Below are positions 1 to 7,178 of a stretch of DNA of 64,000 bases, piece after piece. Made by a program: the position numbers and the translations under genes. Each line of letters begins with the position of its first letter. Position 1 is the stretch's first letter. The notes below the pieces were generated by a model. The model saw only the letters and a program-made list of their open reading frames with translations. It was not told where the DNA came from and made no database searches. The stretch comes from a virus. Lineage: Duplodnaviria; Heunggongvirae; Uroviricota; Caudoviricetes. The stretch lies in IMG/VR virus record IMGVR_UViG_3300002461_001191; one strand, 5' to 3'.

Positions 1-634
1 GTTGAAGATTCTCTTCTCCTGAGCACATCAATGACTCTTGACGATAATTCTCCTGAGTATCTATTTGTGCATGGAGAGCCTCACTGTTTTTGTCATAAAA
101 TCTGGTGATTTCTTCAACTGCTTTTTGATTTAGATTGTTAAGATAGTTTTTGCCATCTGTCTCAGAATAAAAGTTAAACGTACTTCTATACTTTGTTCTG
201 ATGATATTTTCCAAAAACGCTTGTGATTGTACTTGTGAGCGTATCTCAAAGTTATGGTGAGTCATTTCATGCTCTTGAACTCTTTTGAGTGTGCAGGGAA
301 ATTGTTGAGCTTCTCTTGATATGTATATGACTGGCTCCAGTATGATGCTAAGTTTAAGACTATCCACTACCCCACACCACATGTTTGAATTATTTGTCTT
401 ACTGGCTTTGAGCATGGGCTGAATCATGAATCTTCTCTTAGCCACATACAGGCCAAGTAAGTGCTCGTTATTGCTTATGCTGCGAATTTGATTGCTTGTC
501 TTGCTATAATCAAAAACGACTGGATTTGTAATAAGCTCAATGGTTGCAAAATTAGCAGGTTGGGCCGGACAAGATTGAGCAGAAGCTGAGTTCGCAAGTA
601 GCAGAAAAACAACAGTACTGAGAAATTTTTTCAA
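1..634 (-). CDS. secreted hypothetical protein, N-terminal part only (runs off window start); probable TTG start at 634; contains HEMTH (HExxH-like) motif
   Basis: Own translation of minus strand: LKKFLSTVVFLLLANSASAQS signal-peptide-like N-term, open frame to position 1, AGGT 9 nt upstream of TTG; in-frame TAG just upstream excludes an ATG start. Confidence 0.35.
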   Translation of the reverse strand, partial: MKKFLSTVVFLLLANSASAQSCPAQPANFATIELITNPVVFDYSKTSNQIRSISNNEHLLGLYVAKRRFMIQPMLKASKTNNSNMWCGVVDSLKLSIILEPVIYISREAQQFPCTLKRVQEHEMTHHNFEIRSQVQSQAFLENIIRTKYRSTFNFYSETDGKNYLNNLNQKAVEEITRFYDKNSEALHAQIDTQENYRQESLMCSGEENLQ

Positions 635-662
635 TTGTATAATAACCTAAAAGAACCTGGTT

Positions 663-890
663 TTATTTGGACAATACAAACATATCCACTAAAACAAATA
701 CAATTGCTATACCAACTCCAAATGCTATACCCTTTACAGTATCATTTGAGCCACCAGAACTTGCTTTTGTTGCACTTTTTGCTGCTTTCTGATCATTCTT
801 TGTAACTGCTTCATTGGCTTTGGCGTCAGCCTCATCATCAGAGTAGATCTGGAAGGTCTGCATTTCTATATTATCGTTGTTGTTAGACAT
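663..890 (-). CDS. small protein with C-terminal transmembrane anchor
   Basis: 75 aa ORF; C-term GIAFGVGIAIVFVLVDMFVL hydrophobic helix. Confidence 0.3.
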   Translation of the reverse strand: MSNNNDNIEMQTFQIYSDDEADAKANEAVTKNDQKAAKSATKASSGGSNDTVKGIAFGVGIAIVFVLVDMFVLSK

Positions 891-985
891 AATTATCTTC
901 CTGTTTAGACATAATTATCTTCCTGTTGTGTGATATAATCTTATGAAGATAAAATGAAAAATCAAGAGGTTTAAAAAATAATTGC

Positions 986-1012
986 TACTTAGTTGACTTT
1001 TACAACTAAGTA
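986..1012. promoter_or_regulatory. palindromic operator TACTTAGTTGA-N5-ACAACTAAGTA overlapping the -35 box of the pncB promoter (TTGACT 993-998, N17, TATAAT 1016-1021)
   Basis: Perfect 10-bp inverted repeat; identical 27-mer recurs at 21900-21926 (upstream of pncA) and near-identical at 32502-32527 (upstream of nadE, minus strand). Confidence 0.65.
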
Positions 1013-1051
1013 AGATATAATTCAATCACTGTAACAAAAAAGGAATGCAAA

Positions 1052-2242
1052 ATGCAACTCACTCAAGTTAGTCGAATTATCAAAAGCCTGCTGGACACTG
1101 ATCTGTACAAGTTCACCATGCAACAAACTGTTTATCACCAATTCCCTCATGCTCAAGATGTTGAGCTTCACTTCAAGTGCAGAACAGCAGGTGTTGATTT
1201 GGTTTCATACATGAAAAGAATCAATGAAGAAATTGATCATCTGTGTACTATGAAACTCTCAGAGGATGAGCTTCAGTACCTTGCTTCACAGCGCTATATG
1301 AAAGCTGATTACATCAACTTTCTGTCACTTTTCCAACTCCAGAGGAAGTATATCAATGTTGTTGCTTTGAACGACAAAGAGATTGATATTGTGGTGAAGG
1401 GGCCTTGGCTTTATGTCATCTTGTTTGAGGTTTTTGTTCTGTCTATTGTCAACGAAGTTTACTTCGAGATGTATTGGTCTGAAGAAACAAAGGCTGAAGG
1501 TGAGAAAAGACTCTTTGATAAAGTTGCATATGTAAAATCAATGGGTCAAGAGGATTTTAAATTCTCAGACTTTGGAACACGTCGCCGCTTTAGTTTTGCT
1601 TGGCAAGAGTTTGTTGTGAAAACTCTCAAGGAAGAGTTGCCTATGAACTTCACTGGCACCAGCAACGTCTACCTTGCCAAGAAGTACGGCTTGACTCCCA
1701 TTGGAACAATGGCACACGAATATCTGCAAGCCTGTCAGGCTCTGGGTCCACGCCTGCGTGACAGTCAGAAGTTTGCCCTTGAGAAGTGGGTTCAAGAGTA
1801 CCGTGGAGACTTGGGTATTGCTCTGACTGATGTGGTTGGAATTGACGCTTTCTTGGAAGATTTTGATCTGTACTTTTGCAAACTTTTTGATGGTGTGCGT
1901 CATGACAGTGGAGATCCATTTGATTGGGCAAAAAAGGTGATTGGTCACTACAAGAAAATGAAGATTGATCCCAAGACAAAGAGTCTGGTGTTCTCTGATG
2001 GACTTGATTTCAAGAAGTCATTTGAGCTTTTTGAAATGTTCAAAGGTGAGGCAAAGATGTTCTTTGGTATTGGAACCAACCTGACCAACGATTTGGGTCC
2101 AAAGGCAATCAACATTGTGCTTAAGATGACTTCTTGCAATGGTTCTCCTGTGGCAAAAATCAGTGATTCATCAGGTAAAACCATGTGTGAGAACGAAGAG
2201 TATCTTGCTTACCTCAAGCAAGTGTTTAAAATCAAAAACTGA
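1052..2242 (+). CDS. pncB: nicotinate phosphoribosyltransferase
   Basis: Collinear similarity to E. coli PncB throughout (LLDTDLYKFTM, FGTRRRFS, GIALTD, HDSGDP, GIGTNLT, CNGSPVAKISDS). Confidence 0.9.
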   Translation: MQLTQVSRIIKSLLDTDLYKFTMQQTVYHQFPHAQDVELHFKCRTAGVDLVSYMKRINEEIDHLCTMKLSEDELQYLASQRYMKADYINFLSLFQLQRKYINVVALNDKEIDIVVKGPWLYVILFEVFVLSIVNEVYFEMYWSEETKAEGEKRLFDKVAYVKSMGQEDFKFSDFGTRRRFSFAWQEFVVKTLKEELPMNFTGTSNVYLAKKYGLTPIGTMAHEYLQACQALGPRLRDSQKFALEKWVQEYRGDLGIALTDVVGIDAFLEDFDLYFCKLFDGVRHDSGDPFDWAKKVIGHYKKMKIDPKTKSLVFSDGLDFKKSFELFEMFKGEAKMFFGIGTNLTNDLGPKAINIVLKMTSCNGSPVAKISDSSGKTMCENEEYLAYLKQVFKIKN

Positions 2243-2258
2243 TATTTAATAAAATATA

Positions 2259-2287
2259 AGGGGAGTAGTTTTCTACTCCCCTTTTCT
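2259..2287. terminator. bidirectional rho-independent terminator between pncB and convergent gene
   Basis: AGGGGAGTAG-ttttc-TACTCCCCT hairpin followed by T-run. Confidence 0.6.
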
Positions 2288-2301
2288 ATTTTAAAAAAAA
2301 T

Positions 2302-3384
2302 TCAATAAACTTTAGGTAAGAAAACAATCTCATTGTTGATGAGTTGAATCTGTGATGTATCTATATAGACAGGAATGGAGTCTACTTTTTCAATTTTAGT
2401 TTTCTTAGTATCCAGCTTAACTCTTAAATCATCGGTACTTTGGTTGCTTATATAGTGAGCCAAATCAAGGTATTTCTCAACTCTGATACAACCAGAAGAA
2501 TAAAGTCTCATGTTTCTTTGAAAAAGGTTTCTCTCATTGGTGTCATGAAGATATATGTTCTGTGTTGAATCTGTTTCAAATTTCAATTCACCTAGAGCAT
2601 TATCATTGCCTGATGGCTGAACGAATCTCAATGAGTTTCTGTCATAATTCTCAATATCTGACAAACTCACACGTGACCCATTGCTGTACACTGATATGTT
2701 ATGGCTTCTAATCCACTCTTTATCAATTGATCCACCCTTATACACACTTCTATTGAGTATGTTCCTGGTAGGTGTCCAATCAGGATTGTATTTCAATGCA
2801 GTAATATTGAAGTCTTTTATGGGTGTTTTTGTAGAGGTTTTCCCTACAACAACATTGGATGACATGATAGCCTTGTATGTTCTATCCTCTTGTATTTCAT
2901 AAAGGGTGAGTGTCATGGATGGAATATTGACAACAATCATCTTGGAATTAACGGAAGATTGGTCTTTCAATAAGATATTGTTCCAGCTTTCTTTTGCTTT
3001 TTGAATTTCTTGCAATTGCCATGCAACAGGTTGTTCATATACAAAGTGCCAAGTTTTGGCGTCAATAATACCGTTAGGGTTGAGATTAAATCTTTGTTGT
3101 TGTTCTTTGATGAATGATTCTAGCTGTAAATCGTAAACATTGTTTTCTTCAAATTGGTATTGACCACTTGAATTGAGTTGTTTTTTTAAGAGAAGTATGT
3201 TCTCTGATTTTTCATTAAGTTTTAGGTTTCGCTTAAGATTTGTATATTTTTGATCTTCTGAAGTAAGTTCAGTTTCTTTATTTGAGTAAATAAATTCTAA
3301 ATCTTCTACTCTTTTGATATTCTCTGTAAGAGCAAATGCTGTTGTTTGTGTGAGTAAACCAAAAATCAATAATATTTTATTCAT
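2302..3384 (-). CDS. L,D-transpeptidase (YkuD-domain) family protein, exported
   Basis: N-terminal signal peptide; catalytic motif HDTNE...SSGCIRV (H-x(n)-S-x-G-C-I-R) near C-terminus. Confidence 0.55.
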   Translation of the reverse strand: MNKILLIFGLLTQTTAFALTENIKRVEDLEFIYSNKETELTSEDQKYTNLKRNLKLNEKSENILLLKKQLNSSGQYQFEENNVYDLQLESFIKEQQQRFNLNPNGIIDAKTWHFVYEQPVAWQLQEIQKAKESWNNILLKDQSSVNSKMIVVNIPSMTLTLYEIQEDRTYKAIMSSNVVVGKTSTKTPIKDFNITALKYNPDWTPTRNILNRSVYKGGSIDKEWIRSHNISVYSNGSRVSLSDIENYDRNSLRFVQPSGNDNALGELKFETDSTQNIYLHDTNERNLFQRNMRLYSSGCIRVEKYLDLAHYISNQSTDDLRVKLDTKKTKIEKVDSIPVYIDTSQIQLINNEIVFLPKVY

Positions 3385-3514
3385 TTCTTACTTTTTGTTA
3401 CATACACATATCATGGGGGTTTAATTTTTAAAAGCAAATAAATTTAAGATAAGTGGTGAGGTTGTAAACGATCTCTTATTTTGTTATTATTATTTAATAA
3501 ATATTAGGAAATAT

Positions 3515-4711
3515 ATGGCTAAAAAAACAAAACCTTTAGGTAAAAGACACATCGTATTAGAAGATGAAAAAGAAAGAATGGTAGATTATGTTTTGCAAAC
3601 TTGGGATGGAGAAAAAGAAGATTTAAGAAAAGTAGTTGAAAGAGGCTTTGAAGATGGCATAAAAGCTGCTCAACTTTGGTACGGGGATGTTATTTGTGAA
3701 GAGTTGAATGAACTCAGAGAAAGCTGGAATAATGAAAGAAATAATTATCTGAAAAATTCTGGAGAGATAAACAACATAGGAATGTTCAATGATGATATTC
3801 TAATCATACCAAGAAATATATTGTTCAATGATATCTCATATAAAAAATCAGTTCTTGGAGAGAACTGGGATTTTGAAACAATCACAAATAAAGGTGCAGC
3901 CCAACTATTTAAAGAGGTTAAAGTAGGAAGCTTATTTCCTAAGGGCTGGTCTGATGTGAAAAAATCTGGAAAATCTGCATTTGAATATTTTGATACTTTT
4001 ACATTAGACAGTGAGTCTCTATTTACAGGACATGATTCTTCTACTGCTGGTGTAGGAGGGTTCAATCATAGGGTAAATTTACCATCTACATACTATTCTG
4101 TTCAAGAGCAGGGACAGAAAGTTAAAAATTACCTTTATGCTTGCTCTTTTGCGCACGGACTCATGGTGCAAGAGAACAACAATACAATTGAGGTATTGCA
4201 TGAGTTGGAGAGATTAAAGGGCATATATAACAATAAAGATTACCCTGGTGTGACTTATTTGGGTGATTTGACTCTTATTTCAGAAAATCCAATTATAAAG
4301 GGATTGATGGTTAATAAATACAATATGAATAAGAATTATTCTTCTCAAGAAGATCTTGATGAATTTTTGAAAAAATCTCTTTATGATTCTTTTAGATACG
4401 GACTTGTTGGAATTAAAAATGAGGATGGCAGTTATGCTGCTTTGAGAGTTACCAGAATATACAACTCTGAACATTTCAATGAGTTTATTGTTTCAAAAAA
4501 TGTTGAAGAAAAAATTCTTAAAGTTCTGGAGATAAGAGAGCTTGATAAAAATGATTATTTAAAAATGAAGGATGAATTGGGTGCAAAAGATGACATAATC
4601 ATAGGTGATGTAAGCGCATATGATATAATGTCATATCAATACCCAGAACAAGAAGAGATAGTCAGTTTTAATGCAAAAAGAATTAAAAGAACTTTGATGA
4701 AGTTGAAATAA
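3515..4711 (+). CDS. hypothetical protein
   Basis: 398 aa ORF, no recognisable motif. Confidence 0.4.
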   Translation: MAKKTKPLGKRHIVLEDEKERMVDYVLQTWDGEKEDLRKVVERGFEDGIKAAQLWYGDVICEELNELRESWNNERNNYLKNSGEINNIGMFNDDILIIPRNILFNDISYKKSVLGENWDFETITNKGAAQLFKEVKVGSLFPKGWSDVKKSGKSAFEYFDTFTLDSESLFTGHDSSTAGVGGFNHRVNLPSTYYSVQEQGQKVKNYLYACSFAHGLMVQENNNTIEVLHELERLKGIYNNKDYPGVTYLGDLTLISENPIIKGLMVNKYNMNKNYSSQEDLDEFLKKSLYDSFRYGLVGIKNEDGSYAALRVTRIYNSEHFNEFIVSKNVEEKILKVLEIRELDKNDYLKMKDELGAKDDIIIGDVSAYDIMSYQYPEQEEIVSFNAKRIKRTLMKLK

Positions 4712-4738
4712 ATTGTTTAGACAAAAAAGGAGTTTTAA

Positions 4739-5122
4739 ATGCAAGTAAAGTTACCTACAGAATATACCGCAAGTGATTATCATGAGTTCAATTTAACTCG
4801 TTTTATTTTGAATAAAGTGTTGGATAATGGAGCGGGTCTCAAAAAGATGTCTGTTGATTTTGTTGAGACAGGAGTTTGGGATAGAGATTATCATGCATTC
4901 TTTTATGATACAAGCAAAAAACCTACCAATAGAGATGTACTTGAGTTCTATATGGAATCACAAAAAGGACAATTTAAAACTACACAAGAATTGAAAAGTC
5001 ACTTTGAGTCAGGCTGGCTTAATCAAGAGTTCTTAACTGATTTAGATGATGTAATAAATCAATTCTCTGTTCAAGAGGGGTTTTTGAAAACATCAAAAAA
5101 ATCTCTTAAGATGAAAAAATAA
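4739..5122 (+). CDS. hypothetical protein
   Basis: 127 aa ORF with GGAG-like RBS, follows previous gene closely. Confidence 0.4.
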   Translation: MQVKLPTEYTASDYHEFNLTRFILNKVLDNGAGLKKMSVDFVETGVWDRDYHAFFYDTSKKPTNRDVLEFYMESQKGQFKTTQELKSHFESGWLNQEFLTDLDDVINQFSVQEGFLKTSKKSLKMKK

Positions 5123-5131
5123 GATTCAGTC

Positions 5132-5383
5132 TTAATCTAGAACTTCTACAGTAACACGAATTTTTTTACCAATAATACTTTTGATGGATTCGTGTTGTTC
5201 CCCAGCAAGGAGTTCTTGCATGCTTCTTCCATTGGATTTTTCTGTCCAACTTTGAATTCTGACAAAAACACTGTTATCACCTTCTACAGTTTTGAATTGA
5301 GGTTCTGCAATAACTGCTCGACCACCATCCTCGATGTTGATATCATCTTGATTGACGATTGCTTCCAAAATAATAACTGACAT
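5132..5383 (-). CDS. hypothetical small protein
   Basis: 83 aa ORF; no confident family assignment. Confidence 0.3.
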   Translation of the reverse strand: MSVIILEAIVNQDDINIEDGGRAVIAEPQFKTVEGDNSVFVRIQSWTEKSNGRSMQELLAGEQHESIKSIIGKKIRVTVEVLD

Positions 5384-5432
5384 GTTTTTCTCCTAAATAT
5401 ATAGGTTGATATTATATCTCTTTTTTTGTTAT

Positions 5433-5864
5433 TTAGTGATTTGTTTGCTCTGGATACCCAAATATACTTTCATATGAAAGTGCCCTATGATGACTTTTAT
5501 ATCTGTATTGATCAAAATAAGATTTAAACTCATCTTCATTCATGGTTTTAAATCTTAAGTCTTCATTGACTTGTATAAATGCTCCCAAACCATAATGTAT
5601 AATAAAAACATTACCAGGTTTTAGTGCAATTTTAGGCACAAAATAAGAATAATTTTCATATGTAAATTCATGATGATTTTCTAAAAGTGTTTGCTTTGCT
5701 TGTTCTAGAATTGGTGCGTCTTCTGGATGAACTCTAATCTTGGTTCTTGAACTTAAAATCATATGTTCAATTTTAGTCCAATCATTTTCATGAAATGCTT
5801 CAACTCTGGCTCCAAGAAAATAAGCTATTCTGTAAATAGTTGGTAGTTGATTTATGCTGTTCAT
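5433..5864 (-). CDS. hypothetical protein
   Basis: 143 aa ORF. Confidence 0.4.
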   Translation of the reverse strand: MNSINQLPTIYRIAYFLGARVEAFHENDWTKIEHMILSSRTKIRVHPEDAPILEQAKQTLLENHHEFTYENYSYFVPKIALKPGNVFIIHYGLGAFIQVNEDLRFKTMNEDEFKSYFDQYRYKSHHRALSYESIFGYPEQTNH

Positions 5865-5952
5865 GATTCATCCTGGGATTTTCTTGATTTATATTTTAAC
5901 ATGATTTGAATTAGAGAAGCTAGAAATATTTAAAATATTTTTCAATTAAGTA

Positions 5953-5982
5953 TTGACAACTCTACAATTGATATGCAATAAT
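5953..5982 (+). promoter_or_regulatory. candidate sigma70 promoter (TTGACA-N18-AATAAT) driving leader/tRNA array
   Basis: Consensus -35 TTGACA at 5953-5958; AT-rich -10 at 5977-5982. Confidence 0.4.
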
Positions 5983-6016
5983 ACAAGCATTGAGATTTAA
6001 TTTAAGGAATAATTCA

Positions 6017-6091
6017 ATGTCTTCACGTTCACAACAATTTGGTTTTTTTCAGTTTGGTCAGTTTGACCAAGCGGGGTGCCATTTTGTTTGA
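6017..6091 (+). CDS. leader peptide 1 (24 aa, MSSRSQQFGFFQFGQFDQAGCHFV), 6 Phe and 5 Gln codons
   Basis: AAGGA RBS 8 nt upstream; ORF ends 24 nt before terminator hairpin; leader 3' end (GGTGC, 6075-6079) is a copy of terminator 3' arm, so it can pair with the 5' arm as an antiterminator. Confidence 0.5.
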   Translation: MSSRSQQFGFFQFGQFDQAGCHFV

Positions 6092-6114
6092 TTAAGTAAG
6101 TATTTCAACAAAAA

Positions 6115-6141
6115 AGCACCTCTAAACAAGGTGCTTTTTTT
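6115..6141 (+). terminator. attenuator/intrinsic terminator copy 1 (AGCACC-tctaaacaa-GGTGCT + T7)
   Basis: 6-bp GC-rich stem, 9-nt loop, 7 T; same sequence at 6270-6297 and a variant at 14653-14679. Confidence 0.6.
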
Positions 6142-6172
6142 ATTGTTAGTTTTAATTTTATTAAGGATTTTT

Positions 6173-6247
6173 ATGATGTTAGTTTTGAATGTTTTTAGCC
6201 AGCAATTTTTTCAGTTCCAGTTTGGAGCTAGGTGTCCTATTGTGTAA
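6173..6247 (+). CDS. leader peptide 2 (24 aa, MMLVLNVFSQQFFQFQFGARCPIV), 6 Phe and 4 Gln codons
   Basis: AAGGA RBS 5 nt upstream; tandem duplicate of leader 1 module; AGGTG at 6230-6238 complementary to terminator 5' arm. Confidence 0.5.
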   Translation: MMLVLNVFSQQFFQFQFGARCPIV

Positions 6248-6269
6248 AAGTTTCGCAACATACTCAATA

Positions 6270-6297
6270 AGGCACCTCTAAACAAGGTGCTTTTTTT
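6270..6297 (+). terminator. attenuator/intrinsic terminator copy 2 (AGGCACC-tctaaacaa-GGTGCT + T7), 12 nt upstream of first tRNA
   Basis: Identical hairpin and loop to copy 1. Confidence 0.6.
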
Positions 6298-6309
6298 ATG
6301 GTTTTTTGC

Positions 6310-6382
6310 AGGGGATTAGTGTAATTGGTTAGCACATCGTCCTTTGAAGTCGAGAGTCTAGGTTCAAGTCCTGGGTCCCCCG
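6310..6382 (+). tRNA. tRNA-Gln(UUG), type a (no encoded CCA; A1.C72 and one U.U in anticodon stem)
   Basis: Acceptor AGGGGAT/GTCCCCC; U8A9; D-stem GTGT/GCAC; anticodon loop CTTTGAA; T-arm CTAGG-TTCAAGT-CCTGG. Confidence 0.55.
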
Positions 6383-6415
6383 CAAAAAATAATGAAAGGA
6401 AATTTAAAAGTTTAT

Positions 6416-6490
6416 TGGGGATAAATCGATTGGAGCAGATACTTGGCTTTGAACCAAGGTGAGTGGGTTCGATTCCCACATCCCCTGCCA
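6416..6490 (+). tRNA. tRNA-Gln(UUG), type b copy 1 (CCA encoded; U1.U72)
   Basis: Acceptor TGGGGAT/ATCCCCT; anticodon stem CTTGG/CCAAG; loop CTTTGAA; T-arm GTGGG-TTCGATT-CCCAC; 75 nt. Confidence 0.7.
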
Positions 6491-6496
6491 AAAAAT

Positions 6497-6572
6497 GGAC
6501 TTGTAGCTCAGTTGGTAGAGCAGCAGACTGAAAATCTGTGTGTCGGCAGTTCGATTCTGCCCAAGTCCACCA
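6497..6572 (+). tRNA. tRNA-Phe(GAA), type a (canonical, CCA encoded)
   Basis: GGACTTG-TA-GCTC-AGTTGGTA-GAGC; anticodon loop CTGAAAA; GGCAG-TTCGATT-CTGCC; CAAGTCC-A-CCA; close to E. coli tRNA-Phe. Confidence 0.9.
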
Positions 6573-6606
6573 GTTAGTTTTAGTTGTTTAATAGGATAGG
6601 TTTAAT

Positions 6607-6684
6607 GCCGCCTTGGTGTAAATTGGTAGAGCACAAAAGACTGAAAATCTTTGGGTCTCGGTTCGATTCCGAGGGGCGGCACCA
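6607..6684 (+). tRNA. tRNA-Phe(GAA), type b (divergent body, CCA encoded)
   Basis: Acceptor GCCGCCT/GGGCGGC; anticodon stem AAAGA/TCTTT; loop CTGAAAA; T-arm CTCGG-TTCGATT-CCGAG. Confidence 0.75.
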
Positions 6685-6718
6685 GGTTGTTTTGTTGAAA
6701 TTATATATGTGTTTTTAT

Positions 6719-6793
6719 TGGGGGTAAATCGATTGGAGCAGATACTTGGCTTTGAACCAAGGTGAGTGGGTTCGATTCCCACACCCCCTGCCA
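6719..6793 (+). tRNA. tRNA-Gln(UUG), type b copy 2 (CCA encoded; U1.U72)
   Basis: Near-identical to 6416-6490; acceptor pair 6:67 changed A-T to G-C on both strands (compensatory), which confirms the register. Confidence 0.7.
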
Positions 6794-6840
6794 ATCTTAA
6801 AATTAAGTATACAGGTAAGTATATTTAATTTTAAGATTAT
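6794..6840. repeat. 18-bp inverted repeat (ATCTTAAAATTAAGTATA / TATATTTAATTTTAAGAT) with 8-nt loop, filling the whole spacer between two tRNAs
   Basis: Reverse-complement arms with one G.U position; begins 1 nt after the CCA of the upstream tRNA and ends 1 nt before the next tRNA. Confidence 0.6.
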
Positions 6841-6916
6841 GCTGTTTTAGCTGATGTGGTCATAGCGCGTGGTTGAAGCCCATGAGAAGTTGGTTCGATT
6901 CCAACAGGCAGCACCA
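6841..6916 (+). tRNA. tRNA-Phe(GAA)-like, type c (G37, two G.U in acceptor stem; CCA encoded)
   Basis: Acceptor GCTGTTT/AGGCAGC; D-stem GCTG/TAGC; anticodon stem CGTGG/CCATG; loop TTGAAGC; T-arm GTTGG-TTCGATT-CCAAC; 76 nt. Confidence 0.5.
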
Positions 6917-6923
6917 GATTATT

Positions 6924-6978
6924 GGGTCGGTTTGTGGTAAACCTAGGAATGCGAGTTCGAGTCTCGTCCGATCCACCA
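6924..6978 (+). other. tRNA-like minihelix: acceptor stem + T-arm + CCA but only 20 nt where D and anticodon arms should be (truncated tRNA or remnant)
   Basis: GGGTCGG ... GCGAG-TTCGAGT-CTCGT-CCGATCC-A-CCA; 55 nt. Confidence 0.35.
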
Positions 6979-7000
6979 GTTGTTTTTTTAAGGGGTTAAT

Positions 7001-7168
7001 ATGAGCAAGCTAGAGAAAAAGAAAGAAAAATTAAAACAAAGAATTGCTGATCTTGAGTTTGAAATGAGGAATATACTTCAGAAGAAATCTCAAGGTGCAG
7101 CTATTAATATTCAAAACTATAACTCAAAGATTATGGATTTGAAAAAAGAGTTGAGTTCCATGAATTAA
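7001..7168 (+). CDS. small coiled-coil protein (55 aa) embedded in the tRNA array
   Basis: ATG 7001 preceded by AAGGGG; MSKLEKKKEKLKQRIADLEFEMRNILQKKSQGAAINIQNYNSKIMDLKKELSSMN; below the length cutoff of the ORF track. Confidence 0.3.
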   Translation: MSKLEKKKEKLKQRIADLEFEMRNILQKKSQGAAINIQNYNSKIMDLKKELSSMN

Positions 7169-7178
7169 TTTTTACAGT

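Noticed and set aside
1565-2184. Antisense ORFs 1565-1948, 1650-1979 and 1948-2184 inside pncB
   Set aside because: They overlap a strongly supported conserved gene on the other strand and have no RBS or coding signal; spurious.
5132-5383. 83-aa protein as ClpS, MinE or CsrA
   Set aside because: No convincing motif match to any of these by eye; left as hypothetical.
6264-6794. Minus-strand ORFs 6264-6491 and 6588-6794 (MAGDVGIEPTHLGSKP...)
   Set aside because: They are antisense translations of tRNA genes; GIEPT is the reverse-complement reading of the GGTTCGATTCC T-loops. Not genes.
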